Positions 36,191-47,530 of a stretch of 64,000 nucleotides of DNA are shown in pieces. Within the stretch, counting starts at the first letter, position 1, and each line of letters begins with the position of its first letter. This stretch comes from Mustelus asterias (lineage: Eukaryota), in the NCBI RefSeq assembly GCF_964213995.1, contig NW_027590224.1, positions 248,001 to 312,000 on the forward strand. Reading direction: 5' to 3'. The translations under genes were made by a program, and so were the position numbers. The notes under the pieces are model-generated. The model was not told where the DNA came from and made no database searches. It saw only the letters and a program-made list of their open reading frames with translations.

Positions 36191-39100
36191 TGTGGTGAAC
36201 CACTGTAGTATTGTCTGTTTGTGTGATATGTCTGGACACGCCCCTGCTGCCTCAATCCGGGGCTCCGCCCTCCTCGGGGTATAAAGGCGACTACTTTCCG
36301 CCCCTTTTGCCTCAGTTCGGATTAGCTATCGGTTCGGGTGTGCTCCAATTCTTTCGTAAATAAAAACCTGTTATTTCGCAACAACGAGTCTTGGTATAAT
36401 CAATGGGGCATCAATTTTATTTACGAAAGTTTTTGGGATGGAGCAACTCTTAAAACCTGATAAACTGGACTTGGGCCCCCAGGCTGTTGGGGCCTCAAAC
36501 TGTTTTGATCACTGGCTGCGCTGCTTCGAGACCTTCATCACCTCCTCCTCCGCCATCGTCGTAACCGACATCGACAAACTACACGTTCTCCACGCCCACA
36601 TCAGCGCTCACGTCTTCGCGATAATCCGAGACAGTTTGGACCAGGGAGCGGCGTGGGCTTGGAGGGCCGAAGGGCCTGTTCCTGTGCTGTATTGTTCTTT
36701 GTTCTTGACACGGAAACCTACCAGGAGGCAATCGATCTCCTAAAGGGCCAGTACAACCGGCAGCCGAATGAGGTCGACGCCAGACATCTGCTGGCCACTC
36801 GCAGACAGCAGCCCGGGAAATCGACTGAACAATTCCTGCGCGAACTGCGTGCAGCCTGCAGCTGCAAGGCCATTTCAGCCGCCAAAAACGCCGACGACCT
36901 GATCAGAGATGCCTTTGTCGCGGGCATCAGGTCGACCTATATCCGGCAGTGTCTACTGGAACAAGGTGGGTTGGACCTGAAGAAAACTGTGGCGCTTGCC
37001 GGCTCGCTGGAGGTGGCTTTTCGGAATCTCGAGGCCTACACCCCCGACCACGAGGGTGCATCGTGGACACCGCGACCATCTCTGTACCCGGGAGGGCTGC
37101 AAACCTATGCCACGCCCCGTCCCGACACCAAACTGACCACTGCGGCAGTCTCCGGAGGCCCGAGGTGCTACTTTCGCAGCCTGGAGAAGCACCCACGACG
37201 ACGCTGCCCGGCGAAAGACGCGATCTGCTCCGGCTGTGGTCAGAAGGGCCATTACTTGAAAGTCTGCAGGGCAAAATCAGCCTCCAGGCCCAGCAGCGCC
37301 GTGTGCGATCCGCGGGAGCCACCATCTTGGACGCCATCAGCCATGTGCGACCCACGGGGGCCGCCATCTTGGATGCCACCAGCCACGTGCAACCCACAGG
37401 GACCGCCGTCTTGGATGATGTCAGCCACGTGCGAGCCACACGGGCCGCCATTTTGGGAACCGTCCACCGCGTGCGGCTCCTCGCCTAATCCAACGGTGGC
37501 CTGGGTCGCGTTGGACCAGTCCAAGCCTCACCAACTCGCCTGGTCTATGATGGACATCAAGGTAAACGGTCACACTACAAACTGTTAATTTGACAGTGGG
37601 AGTACGGAGAGTTTTATCCACCCTAACACGGTGAATCGCTACGCACTGCCAGTACTGCCAATGCAGCAATCAATCTCCATGGCTTCGACGTCCCAGTCGG
37701 TGAATGTCCTCGGCTACTGTGTGGCAACTCTGTATGGGGCACGGTGTACGAGAAGTGCAGGCTCCTCGTGCTGCCACAGCTCTGCGCTGCCGTTCTACTG
37801 GGGCTAGATTTCATGTGTCACCTTGGGAGCGTCACCATGGTATATAATGGGCCTTTTCCCCCAATCTCCGTCCGCAATCCGCAGCTACTAGACCAGCCAC
37901 CGCACACCACCTGTGGTCTCTCGACCCTTAAAGTCGCCTCCCCCTCGCTCTTTGAACACCTCACCCCCGACTGCAAGCCCATTGCCTCCAAAAGCAGACG
38001 GTACAGCGCTGGAGATAGAGTGTTTATTAAGTCCGAGGTGCGACGCCTCCTGGGGGAGGGGATCATTGAGGCCAGTACCAGCCTCTGGAGAGCCCAAGTG
38101 GTGGTTGTTAAGACTGGGGAGAAACATCGCATGGTCATCGACTACAGTCAGAACATTAACCGATATACGCAGCTGGACGCGTATCCCCTTCCCCGCATCT
38201 CTGACATGGTCAACCAGATTGCACAATATCGGGTGTTCTCCACCATTGACTTGAAGTCTGCATACCACCAGCTCCCTATCCGCCCAGAAGACCGCCAATA
38301 CACTGCCTTCGAGGCGGATGGCCGTCTCTATCACTTCCTTCGGGTCCCTTTTGGCGTCACCAACGGTTTTCCAGCATGAGATGGACCGAATGATGGACCA
38401 GAATGGGCTGTGGGCCACCTTCCCGTACCTGGATAACGTCACCATCTGCGGCCATGATCAGCAGGACCACGACGCCAACCTCCAAAAATTCCTCCACACT
38501 GCGGCACTCCTTAACCTGACCGATAATAAGGAGAAGTGCATATTCCGCATGCGCCGCCTCGCCATCCTTGGTTGTGTTGTGGAGAACGGGGTCATCGGCC
38601 CCGATTCCGACCGCATGCGTCCCCTCCTGGAACTTCCCCTCCCCACCACCCTCAAGGCATTGAGGAGATGCCTGGGCTTCTTCTCGTATTACGCCCAGTG
38701 GGTCCCCAATTATGCAGACAAAGCCCATCTGCTCATCAAATCCACCTCTTTTCCCCTGGTGGTGGAGGCTCGGCTGGCCTTTGACTGCGTCAAAGCGGAT
38801 ATCGCGAAGGCCACGATGCACGCTGTAGACGAGTCCATCCCATTCCAGGTGGAGAGCGATGCGTCTGACTTTGCCCTAGCCGCCACTCTTAACCAGGCGG
38901 GCAGACCCGTGGCCTTCTTCTCACGCACCCTTCAAGGCCCTGAAATTCGACACTCCTCTGTCAAAAAAGAGGCACAAGCCATCGTGGAGGCTGTACGGCA
39001 CTGGCGCCACTACTTAGCTGGCAAACAGTTCACTCTGCTCACAGACCAACGGTCCGTTGCCTTTATGTTCAGTAACCTGCAGTGGGGCAAAATCAAGAAT

Positions 39101-40628
39101 GATAAGATTGTGAGGTGGAGGACCGAGCTCTCCACCTACAATTACGACATTTTATACCAGCCTGGGAAGCTCAATGAGCCCCGGACGCCCTGTCCCGGAG
39201 GACCTGTGCCAGCGCGAACCTAGACCGATTACAGACTCTCCACGACGACCTCTGCCACCCGAGGGGTGACCAGGTTCTTCCACTTCATCAAGACCCGGAA
39301 CCTGCCCTATTCCATCGGGGAAGTCAGGTCTGTAACTAGGCACTGCCAAGTCTGCACGGAGTGCAAGCCGCACTTCTATCGGCCACCTCATCAAAGCCAC
39401 CCGCCCTTTCAAACGCCTAAGCGTTGACTTCAAAGGCCCCCTCCCCTCCTCTGACCGCAACATATACTTCCTCAATGTCAGCGATGAGTATTCGCGGGTC
39501 TCCTTCGCTATTCCCTGCCCTGATATGACCTCGGCCACGGTCGTCAGGGCCCTGCACAGCCTCTTCACCCTGTTCGGTTTCCCCAGCTATATTCATAGCG
39601 ACTGGGGTTCCTCTTTTATGAGTGACGAGCTGTGCCAGTACCTGCACTCCAAAGGTATAGCCTCGAGTAGGACCACCAGCTACAACCCCAGGGGGGACGG
39701 ACAGGTGGAGAGGGAGAACGCGACTGTCTGGAAGGCCGTTTTATTCGCTCTCCGGTCTAAGGGTCTTCCAGTCTCCCACTGGCAAGAGGTCCTCCCTGAT
39801 GCGTTACACTCAATTAGGTCACTACTGTGCACGGCTACCAACGCCATCCCTCATGAACGAATGTTTGTTTTCCCCAGGAAGTCCTCCTCTGGGACCTCAC
39901 TGCTGTCTTGGCTGACGTTCCCAGGCCCTGTCCTGCTCTGGAAGCACGTGCGGACCCATAAATCGGACCCCCTGGTTGAAATGGTCCAACTCCTCCACGC
40001 CAAACCCCAATACACCTATGTGGCGTATCACGACGGGCGGGAGGACGCGGTCTCCATTCGCGACCTGGCACCCACAGGTACTACGTCCCACGGCCCCTCA
40101 CCCCCAGCTCCCAACGTTGCCCATGATGCACCAGGGTCGCAGCACGCTCATCTAGCCCCCATGTACGGCACGCCTGAGCCCCAGGAGCAGCCTCCACACA
40201 CCCGGCAGTCTGAAGGTGCTACGGACGGCTTCACCGATTACGGACTGGCGTCTGACTCACCACCACGGCCTCCTGAACCGGCACCACGACCGACACTGCG
40301 GCGGTCGCAGCGGCAGATCAAGCCCCCGGAGAGACTGAACTTGTAACTCTGTGACTGTCGTTCCACCACCTCGCCCCCACCGAACTCTTTTTTTGAACAG
40401 GGGGTGAATGTGGTGAACCTCTGTAGTATTGTCTGTTGTGTGATATGTCTGGACACACATCTGCTGCCTCAATCCGGGACTCCGCCCTTCTCTGGGTATA
40501 AAGGCGACTGCTCTCCGCCAGTTTTGCCTCAGTTCGGATTAGCTATCGGTTCGGGTGTGCTCCAATTCTTTCGTAAATAAAAGCCTATTATTTCACAACA
40601 ACAAGTCTGTATAATCAATGGTGCATCA
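36191..40628 (+). mobile_element. Full-length, decayed Ty3/Gypsy LTR retrotransposon
   Basis: LTRs 36191-36413 and 40409-40628 (TG..CA, roughly 90% identical), 5-bp TSD ATGTC, PPT GAACAGGGGGTGAA; gag from 36438 with two zinc knuckles, protease FDSG, RT, RNase H (ESDASD), integrase; several frameshifts and stops. Confidence 0.96.
36634..36706 (+). mobile_element. 73-bp CR1 3' tail inserted in gag
   Basis: GGGCCGAAGGGCCTGTTCCTGTGCTGTATTGTTCTTTGTTCTT with TSD GACA. Confidence 0.85.
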
Positions 40629-41335
40629 ATGTCCCTGTCCCTGTTAACAGAAACAAAGTGGAAATGGTTGAGAGCTTCAAGTCTTTAGGTGTTCAGATCA
40701 CCAACAACCTGTCCTGCTCCCCCCATGCTGAATTATATAGTTAGGAAACTATAGTTTAAGAAACTGAGCTATAGTTAAGAAAGTCCACCAACGCCTCTAC
40801 TTTCTCAGAAGATTAAGGAAATTTGGCATGTCAGCTATGACCCTCACCAACATTTACTGATGCACCATAGAAAGCATTCTTTCTGGTTGTATCACAGCTT
40901 GGTATGGCTTGTGTCCAAGACCGCAAGAAACTACAAAAAGGTTGTGAACGAAGCCCAGGCATCACTCAAACCAGCCTCCCACCCATTGACGCTGTCTACA
41001 CTTCCCATTGCCTCGGAAAAGCAGCAGCATAATTAAGGACTCCATGCACCCCGGACATTCTCTCTTCCACCTTCTTCTGTTGGGAAAAAGATACAAAAGT
41101 CTGAGGTCACGTACCAACCGACTCAAGAACAGCTGCTTCCCTGCTGCCATCAGACTTTTGAATGGACCTACCTTGCATTAAGCTGATCTTTCTCTGCCCC
41201 CCAGCTATGACTGTAACACGACTTTCTGCACTCCTTTCCTTCCCTATGAACGGTATGCTTTGTATGTATAGCGTGCAAGAAACAATACTTTTCACTGTAT
41301 ACTAATACATGTGACAATAACAAACCAAATCAGAT

Positions 41336-41500
41336 CAAAGAGACAAAGAGATGTAGAAAGAGAGAGAGTTAGAGAGAAAGTGACAGAAACAGAGGCAGAG
41401 AAAGAGAGGAAGAGCCAGTCAGAGAGAGGGCCAGTGAGGGACAGAACAAGATACAAAGAAAGTGAAAGATACAGAGGGAGACAAAGAGGTAGAGACTAGA
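41336..41500. repeat. GA-rich low-complexity tract
   Basis: Purine-rich simple sequence. Confidence 0.8.
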
Positions 41501-41697
41501 GAGTTGTGATTGAATCTCTGCCCCCAGTGGTTCAGCATCAAGTCATCACTGGAGAAGAATTTCATTCCAAATCCCGCCAATCACAGACCCATTCAGTCCC
41601 TCTCTCCCCCACTGGTTGGTCTCATGTTCCCTGGAATCTCAAAACCGACCCCCACCCCCTCCCCTCCTCACCTTCTCTCCCCATTTCACACAGTGCT

Positions 41698-41793
41698 TTA
41701 GTGGAATCTGATCTGTGTGTATTCCACCACCTCTTCCCTGTGGACTCTCCCGTCACCACTGGGTACCCTCAAGACTATCAGGAGGTATCTGAC
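41698..41793 (-). other. Putative, possibly disconnected, cytoplasmic-tail exon of gene B with two tyrosine motifs (VRYLLI...VEYTQIRFH*)
   Basis: C-terminus of ORF 42087-41698; Tyr codons at 41785-41787 and 41719-41721, 22 residues apart, ending at a stop like Siglec ITIM + ITIM-like tails; 1.4 kb downstream of the TM exon. Exon 5' boundary unresolved. Confidence 0.55.
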
Positions 41794-42454
41794 TGTCATT
41801 TCAGCAGACACAACCTCATTATTCCAGTGAGGCAGCTTCTTTCCTGGTGTGTGTCTCATCAGACAAGATCTCATTACTTCAGTTAATTCAGTTCCCTTCT
41901 GGTGTTGAGGCCGTCCTTGTTGTGCCCATATTTGGTTAGAGGCACCCGACTCCTCGAATTGGCCGCTTTTACCAGCATGCAACTCGGTCTGGCTACAACA
42001 GGAAATAGCAAATTTGAGCCAAGAATTTGCATCAAAATAAGTTTTATTCTGTAAAGATATACAGAACAGGCTGAGCATTTTAATCACTTGTGTTAATAAA
42101 TGTAATATTATTCATAACCCAAATGCTTCTTACAATCTAAACCAGCATGAGAAAGCTGCAGCATTCAGAAAGCACATTCTGATCTGATTACAAAGCTGAG
42201 CAACATTTCTATTCATTACTATTTGACCATGTTGGCTGCACACAGTGAGACAATGCCTTGGTTATGATGTGTCCACACAGCAGAACTGGGGAGCAGCAGG
42301 GATAAGGAAAGGTTTCAGCTTGCTGAGGAGAAGAAGGAGAATCTCTGGTCCCAGGTTTCTCTCCGTACATTAAGAAGCACGCATGCTGATGTTCCATTGC
42401 TCTCTGTCTGCTTGTAAATTGCTGTTTATGCTGATGGGAAGAATAAGCTTTTCC

Positions 42455-43090
42455 GAAATAGAGGGACTGAGCATAAAAACAGGGAGGTTATGCTGAACAT
42501 TTCTAAAGCTCTGGTTAGGTCACAACTAGAGTATTGTGTCCAGTACTGGCCCCCACACTTTGGAAAGGATGGGAGGGTCCTTGAGAGGGTGCAGAGGGAG
42601 ATTTACCAGAATAGGTACAGGGATAAGGGGATTTTAGCTTCCAGGTTCAGGTTGGAGAAGCCGGGGTAATTCTCCTTGGAGCGAAGGAGATTGAGGGGAG
42701 ATTTGATCGAGGTGTACAAGATGGTGACAGGTTTAGATAAGGAGACAATGAAAAGGTGTTGCCGTTAGCTGATAGAACAAGGACTAGGGGTGGGGCAGGG
42801 TGTGGGGTGTGCACACATTTAGGTTTTGGGAAGTAGAGGGGGATGTGAGGAGGAGCTTTTTTACCCAGTGAGTGGTAATGACCTGGAACCTGCTGCCTAC
42901 GAGGGGGGTGGAAGCAGAGATGATGAATCATTTCAAAAAGAAATTGGATGGAAACTTGAGGGAAATAAACTTTCAGTGATATGGGGATAGAGCGGGGGAA
43001 ATGGAACTGACTGGATTGATCCAGAGCGATAGTATGGACTGGATGGGTGAAATGGCCTCCTCCACTGCCAGAATGACTCTGTGACTCTAA
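42455..43090 (+). mobile_element. Degraded CR1 3' fragment
   Basis: CTGGTTAGGTCACAACTAGAGTATTGTGTCCAG.. and CR1 3' UTR. Confidence 0.85.
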
Positions 43091-43192
43091 AGTGATTCTA
43101 ACCAGGACCACTGAGTGGTTTCATTGTAACTTAACCCAACAGCGCACGTTATTTGTCTTCACTGACAAACGAGATTGTTACTGTACGAAGCT

Positions 43193-43332
43193 TTAAACAA
43201 TCTGTCCACTTCCTTTCACTGTATGTCGCTCCCAGACACAAACCCCAGCGACAGTGATAACGACACCCACAGTGAATATCACAGCTCGTATTCCCAGGAT
43301 CAGGATCACGTTCAGAATCTCTCCTCCATTGA
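43193..43332 (-). CDS. Gene B transmembrane/terminal exon (xNGGEILNVILILGIRAVIFTVGVVITVAGVCVWERHTVKGSGQIV*)
   Basis: Strong acceptor TTTCTTTCTGTGTGTTTTCTAG; the phase-1 frame, absent from the ORF track, gives a long hydrophobic helix with one Arg (43286-43288); in frame with the C2 exon. Confidence 0.82.
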
Positions 43333-43742
43333 CTAGAAAACACACAGAAAGAAATCATCACTTACTCTCCGCTTTCAATCTCTCGCTCTGGCCGAACAAT
43401 CAAGCTTCATATCACCGCCACGCTTGCTGTAATATTGATCCATCCTCTGGGATTAAATGGATCAGGAAGGTTTTCATTGTAAACGCTCTGAAAGTGGACA
43501 GTCTGAACTTTCACCTCAGCGTGGACCAATGGTGAGAATGGAGTAGTGCCCTGTTTGACTCCCTGTCCCGTGTTTCTCTTTGTTGCTGTGTGCAGGATTA
43601 TGTTGTAGAAATGTCCAGAAACGTTTACAGCAAGGTGGAAAACCATCTCAGACACGTGTCCAAATTACACAGGATTGCGACGGAATCCCTCACTGGGGAC
43701 TGACCTGTCTCACTTAATAAATAGTTCCTAACTTTACCCAGA

Positions 43743-43980
43743 GAGTGGGGAGAATGTGGGACTCGCTCCCACGGGGAGTGGGGAGAATGTGGGACTCGCT
43801 CCCACGGGGAGTGGGGAGAATGTGGGACTCGCTCCTATGGGGAGTGGGGAGAATGTGGGACTCACTCCCACGGGGAGTGGGGAGAATGTGGGACTCGCTC
43901 CTATGGGGAGTGGGGAGAATGTGGGACTCGCTCCTATGGGGAGTGGGGAGAATGTGGGACTCGCTCCTATGGGGAGTGGG
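43743..43980. repeat. 33-bp minisatellite derived from CR1 (GAGTGGGGAGAATGTGGGACTCGCTCCCACGGG), ~7 copies
   Basis: Unit translates as [11 protein letters not shown], matching the CR1 QRVVxxWNSLP segment; CR1 3' end continues to ~44140. Confidence 0.9.
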
Positions 43981-44244
43981 GTGAATTGTTTCGATGTATT
44001 TTAGGGGAAAGCTGGATGAACGCAAGTGGGAGAAACAAATGGAATGATATGGTGATGTGAGTGAGATGAAGTGGGGGAGGCCTTTGTGGAGCAGGAACAC
44101 TGACATGGAACAGATGGCCTGTTTCAGTTCTGGAAATACTATGTAATTCAGGAATGAAACTCCAGGGCCAATAAGAGAGAAAAAATCCGTTCAACATCGT
44201 CAAATAATCAAAAACCACTGCAGGAAATCACAATGTCCATGTAT

Positions 44245-45985
44245 TTTTTATTCATTCAATTGTGGGACAAGGGTGTCGCTGGCGGGCCAGCATTTATAAG
44301 CCATCTCTACGTGTCCTTGAGAAGGTGGTGGTGAGCTCTCTACTTGACACACTGCAGTTCCCGTGCTGTGAGTTGACCCACAATGCCATTAGGGAGCAAT
44401 TGCAGGATTTTGACCCAGCGACTGCAAAAGAACAGCGATATATTTCCAAGTCAGGGTAATGAGTGGCTTGGAGAGGAACCTCCAGATGGTGGTGTCCTCA
44501 GGTATCTGCTGCCCTAGTTCTTCTAGATGGTAGTGGTCATTGGTTTGGAAGGCGCTGCCTAAGGAGCCTTGGTGAGTTCCAGCAGTGCATCTTGTAGATG
44601 GTACACAAGGCTGCCACTGTCTGTCGGTGGTGGAGGGAGTGAATATTTGTGGATGGGGTGCCAATCAAGTGTGGCTTTGTCCTGGATGGTGTCGAGCTTC
44701 TTAAGTGTTGTTGGAGCTGCACCCAGTCAGGCAAGTGGAGAGTATTCCATCACACTCTTGACTTGTGCCTTGTAGATGGTGGACAGGCTCTGGGGAGTCA
44801 GGAGGTGAGTTACTCACTGCAGTATTCCTAGCCTCTGACCTGCTCTTGCAGCCACTGTGTTTATGTGGTGAGTCCAGTTGAGTTTCTGGTCAATGGTAAC
44901 CCCAAGGATGTTGACAGTGGGGGATTCAATTATGGTAGTGCCATTGAATGTCAAGGGGCGGTGGTTAGGTTATCTCTTATTGGTGATGGTCATTGCCTGG
45001 CATTTGTGTGGTGTGAATGTTAATTGCCACTTGTCAGCCCAAGCCTAGATATTGTCCAGATCGTCTTGCATTTGAACATGGACTGCTTCAGTATCACGAA
45101 TAGTGCTGAACATTGTGCAATCATTGGCGAACATCCCCACTTCTGACCTTATGACAAAAGGAAGGTCGTTGATGAAGCAGCAGAAAATAGTTGGGCCAAG
45201 GACACTACCTTGAGAGACTCCTGCAGAGATGTCCTGGAGCTGAGATGATTGACCCCCCACAACCATCTTCCTATGTGCCAGGTTTGATACCAACCAGTGG
45301 AGAGTTTGCCCCCGGATACATATTAATTCCAGTTTTACCAGGGCTCGAATGCGGCCTTAATGTCAAGGACTGTCACCCTCACCTCACCTCTGGAATTCAG
45401 CTCTTTCATGTATGTTTGAACCAAGGCTGTAATGAGGTCAGGAGCTGAGTGACCCTGGTGAAACTCAAACTGGTCACCACTGAGCAGGTTATTGCTGAGC
45501 AGGCGCTGCTTGATAGCACTGTCAATGACCTCTTCCATCACTTTACTGATGATTAAGAGTTGACTGATGGGGCAGTAATTGGCCAGGGTGGATTTGTGCT
45601 GCTTATTGTATAAAGGACATTCTTGGGAAAATTTTCACATTGTTGGGTTTCTGTACTGGAGGAGTTTGGCTAGGGGAGCGGAATGTTCTGGAGCCTTCAG
45701 TACTATTGCTGGAATGTTATCAGGGCCCATTGCCTTTGCAGTATCCAGTGCCTCCAACCGTTTCTTGATATCACGTGGAGTGAATCAAATTGGCTGGAGA
45801 CTGGCATCTGTGATGCTGGGGACTGGAGGAGGCCGAGATGGATGATCTGGCTGAAGATTGCTGCAAATGCTTCAGCCTTATCATTTGCACTGATGGCTGG
45901 GCCCATCCATCGCTGAGGATGGGAATGTTTGTGAAGCCTCCTCCTCCAGTGAGTTGTTTAATTGTTCACCACCATTCACGATGGA
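44245..45985 (-). mobile_element. CR1/L2-group LINE fragment
   Basis: DQFEFHQGHSAPDLITALV, LDIKAAF, GVSQGSVLGPTIF..FINDLP, MFANDCTMF. Confidence 0.9.
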
Positions 45986-46019
45986 TCAGGCAGGACTTCA
46001 TATAATCTGCGCCTCTTGA

Positions 46020-47530
46020 TGGTGGGAAAAATAGCAAATGCACTAGTGGTAATTTACCAAAATTCACTGGACTCTGGGGTGGTTCCCGCAGATTGGAAAA
46101 CAGCAAATGTGACGCCACTGTTTAAAAAAGGAGGTAGACAAAAGGCGGGTAACTATAGGCAGGTTAGCTTAACTTCTGTAGTAGGGAAAATGCTTGAATC
46201 TATCATCAAGGAAGAAATAGCGAGACATCTGGATATAAATTGTCCCATTGGTAAGATGCAGCATGGGTTCATGAAGGGAAGGTCATGTTTGACTAATTTG
46301 GTGGAATTCTTTGAGGACATTACATGTGCAGTGGACAATGGGGAACCTGTGGATGTGGTGTATCTGGATTTCCAGAAGGCATTTGACAAGGTGCCGCTCC
46401 AAAGACTGCTGCATAAGATAAAGGTGCACGGTGTTACAGGTAATGTATTAGCATGGATAGAGGATTGGTTAACTAACAGAAAGCAAAGAGTGGGGGTAAA
46501 TGGGTGTTTTTCTGGTTGGCGATCAGTGACTAGTGGTGTGCCTCAGGGATCAGTGTTGGGACCGCAATTGTTTATGATTTACATAGATGATTTGGAGTTG
46601 GGGACCAAGTGTAGTGTATCAAAATTCACAGATGATACTAAGATGGGTGGCAGAGCAAAGTGTGCAGAGGATGCTGAAAGTCTGCAAAGGGATATAGATA
46701 GTCTAAGTGAGTTGGCGAGGGTCTGGCAGATGGAGTACAATGTTGGTAAATCTGAGGTCATCCATTTTGGTAGGAATATTTAAATGGTAAAAAATTGCAG
46801 CATGCTGCTGTGCAGAGGGACCTGGATGTCCTTGTGCAGGAATCTCAAGGAGTTGGTTTGCAGGTGCAGCAGGTAATTAAAGAGGCAAATGGAATTTTGT
46901 CCTTTATTGCTAGAGGGATGGAGTTTAAAAACAGTGAGGTTGTGTTGCGGCTGTATAAGGTGCTAGTGAGGCCACACCTGGAGTACTGTGTACAGTTTTG
47001 GTCTCCTTCCTTGAGAAAGGATATACTGGCACTGGAGGGGGTGCAGAGGAGATTCACTAGGTTGATTCCGGAGTTGAGAGGGTTGGCTTATGAGGAGAGA
47101 CTGAGTAGACTGTGGCTATACTCATTGGAATTCAGAAGAATGAGGGAAGATCTTATAGAAATATATAAGATTATGAAGGGAATAGATAAGATAGAAGCAG
47201 GGAAGTTATTTTCACTGGGGGGTGAAACTAGAACTAGGGGGCATGGCTTCAAAATAAGGGGAAGCAGATTTAGGACTGAGTTGAGGAACTTCTTCACACA
47301 AAGGGTCATGAATCTGTGGAATTTCCTGCCCAGTGAAGCAGTTGAGGCTACCTCATTGAATGTTTTTAAGGCAAGGATAGATAAATTTTTGAACAGTAAA
47401 GGGATTAAGGGTTATGGTGAGCGGGCGGATAAGTGGAGCTGAGTCCATGAAAAGATCAGCCATGATCTTATTGAATGGCGGAGCAGGCTCGAGGGGCCAG
47501 ACAGCCTACTCCTGCTCCTAGTTTTTATGT
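46020..47530 (+). mobile_element. CR1/HER1 LINE 3' portion
   Basis: ORFs 45962-46783 and 46795-47442 with RT motifs; CR1 3' UTR. Confidence 0.95.

Larger units (their letters stand above)
33790..41335 (+). mobile_element. Rex1/Babar LINE, split by three nested insertions
   Basis: LNAFFARFE, VNPRKVTGPDGVPGRALRSCA, CFKKTTIIPVPKK, FVGDTTVVGRI, WCDDNNLSLNVNQTK; 3' end CATGTGACAATAACAAACCAAATC. Confidence 0.9.

Noticed and set aside
42209-42330. Strong acceptor TTCTCCTTCTTCTCCTCAG as a cytoplasmic exon
   Set aside because: No downstream donor or signalling motif; all frames end in stops.
43407-43655. ORF containing GQGVKQG..FSP
   Set aside because: At most a very old RT remnant; too degraded to call.
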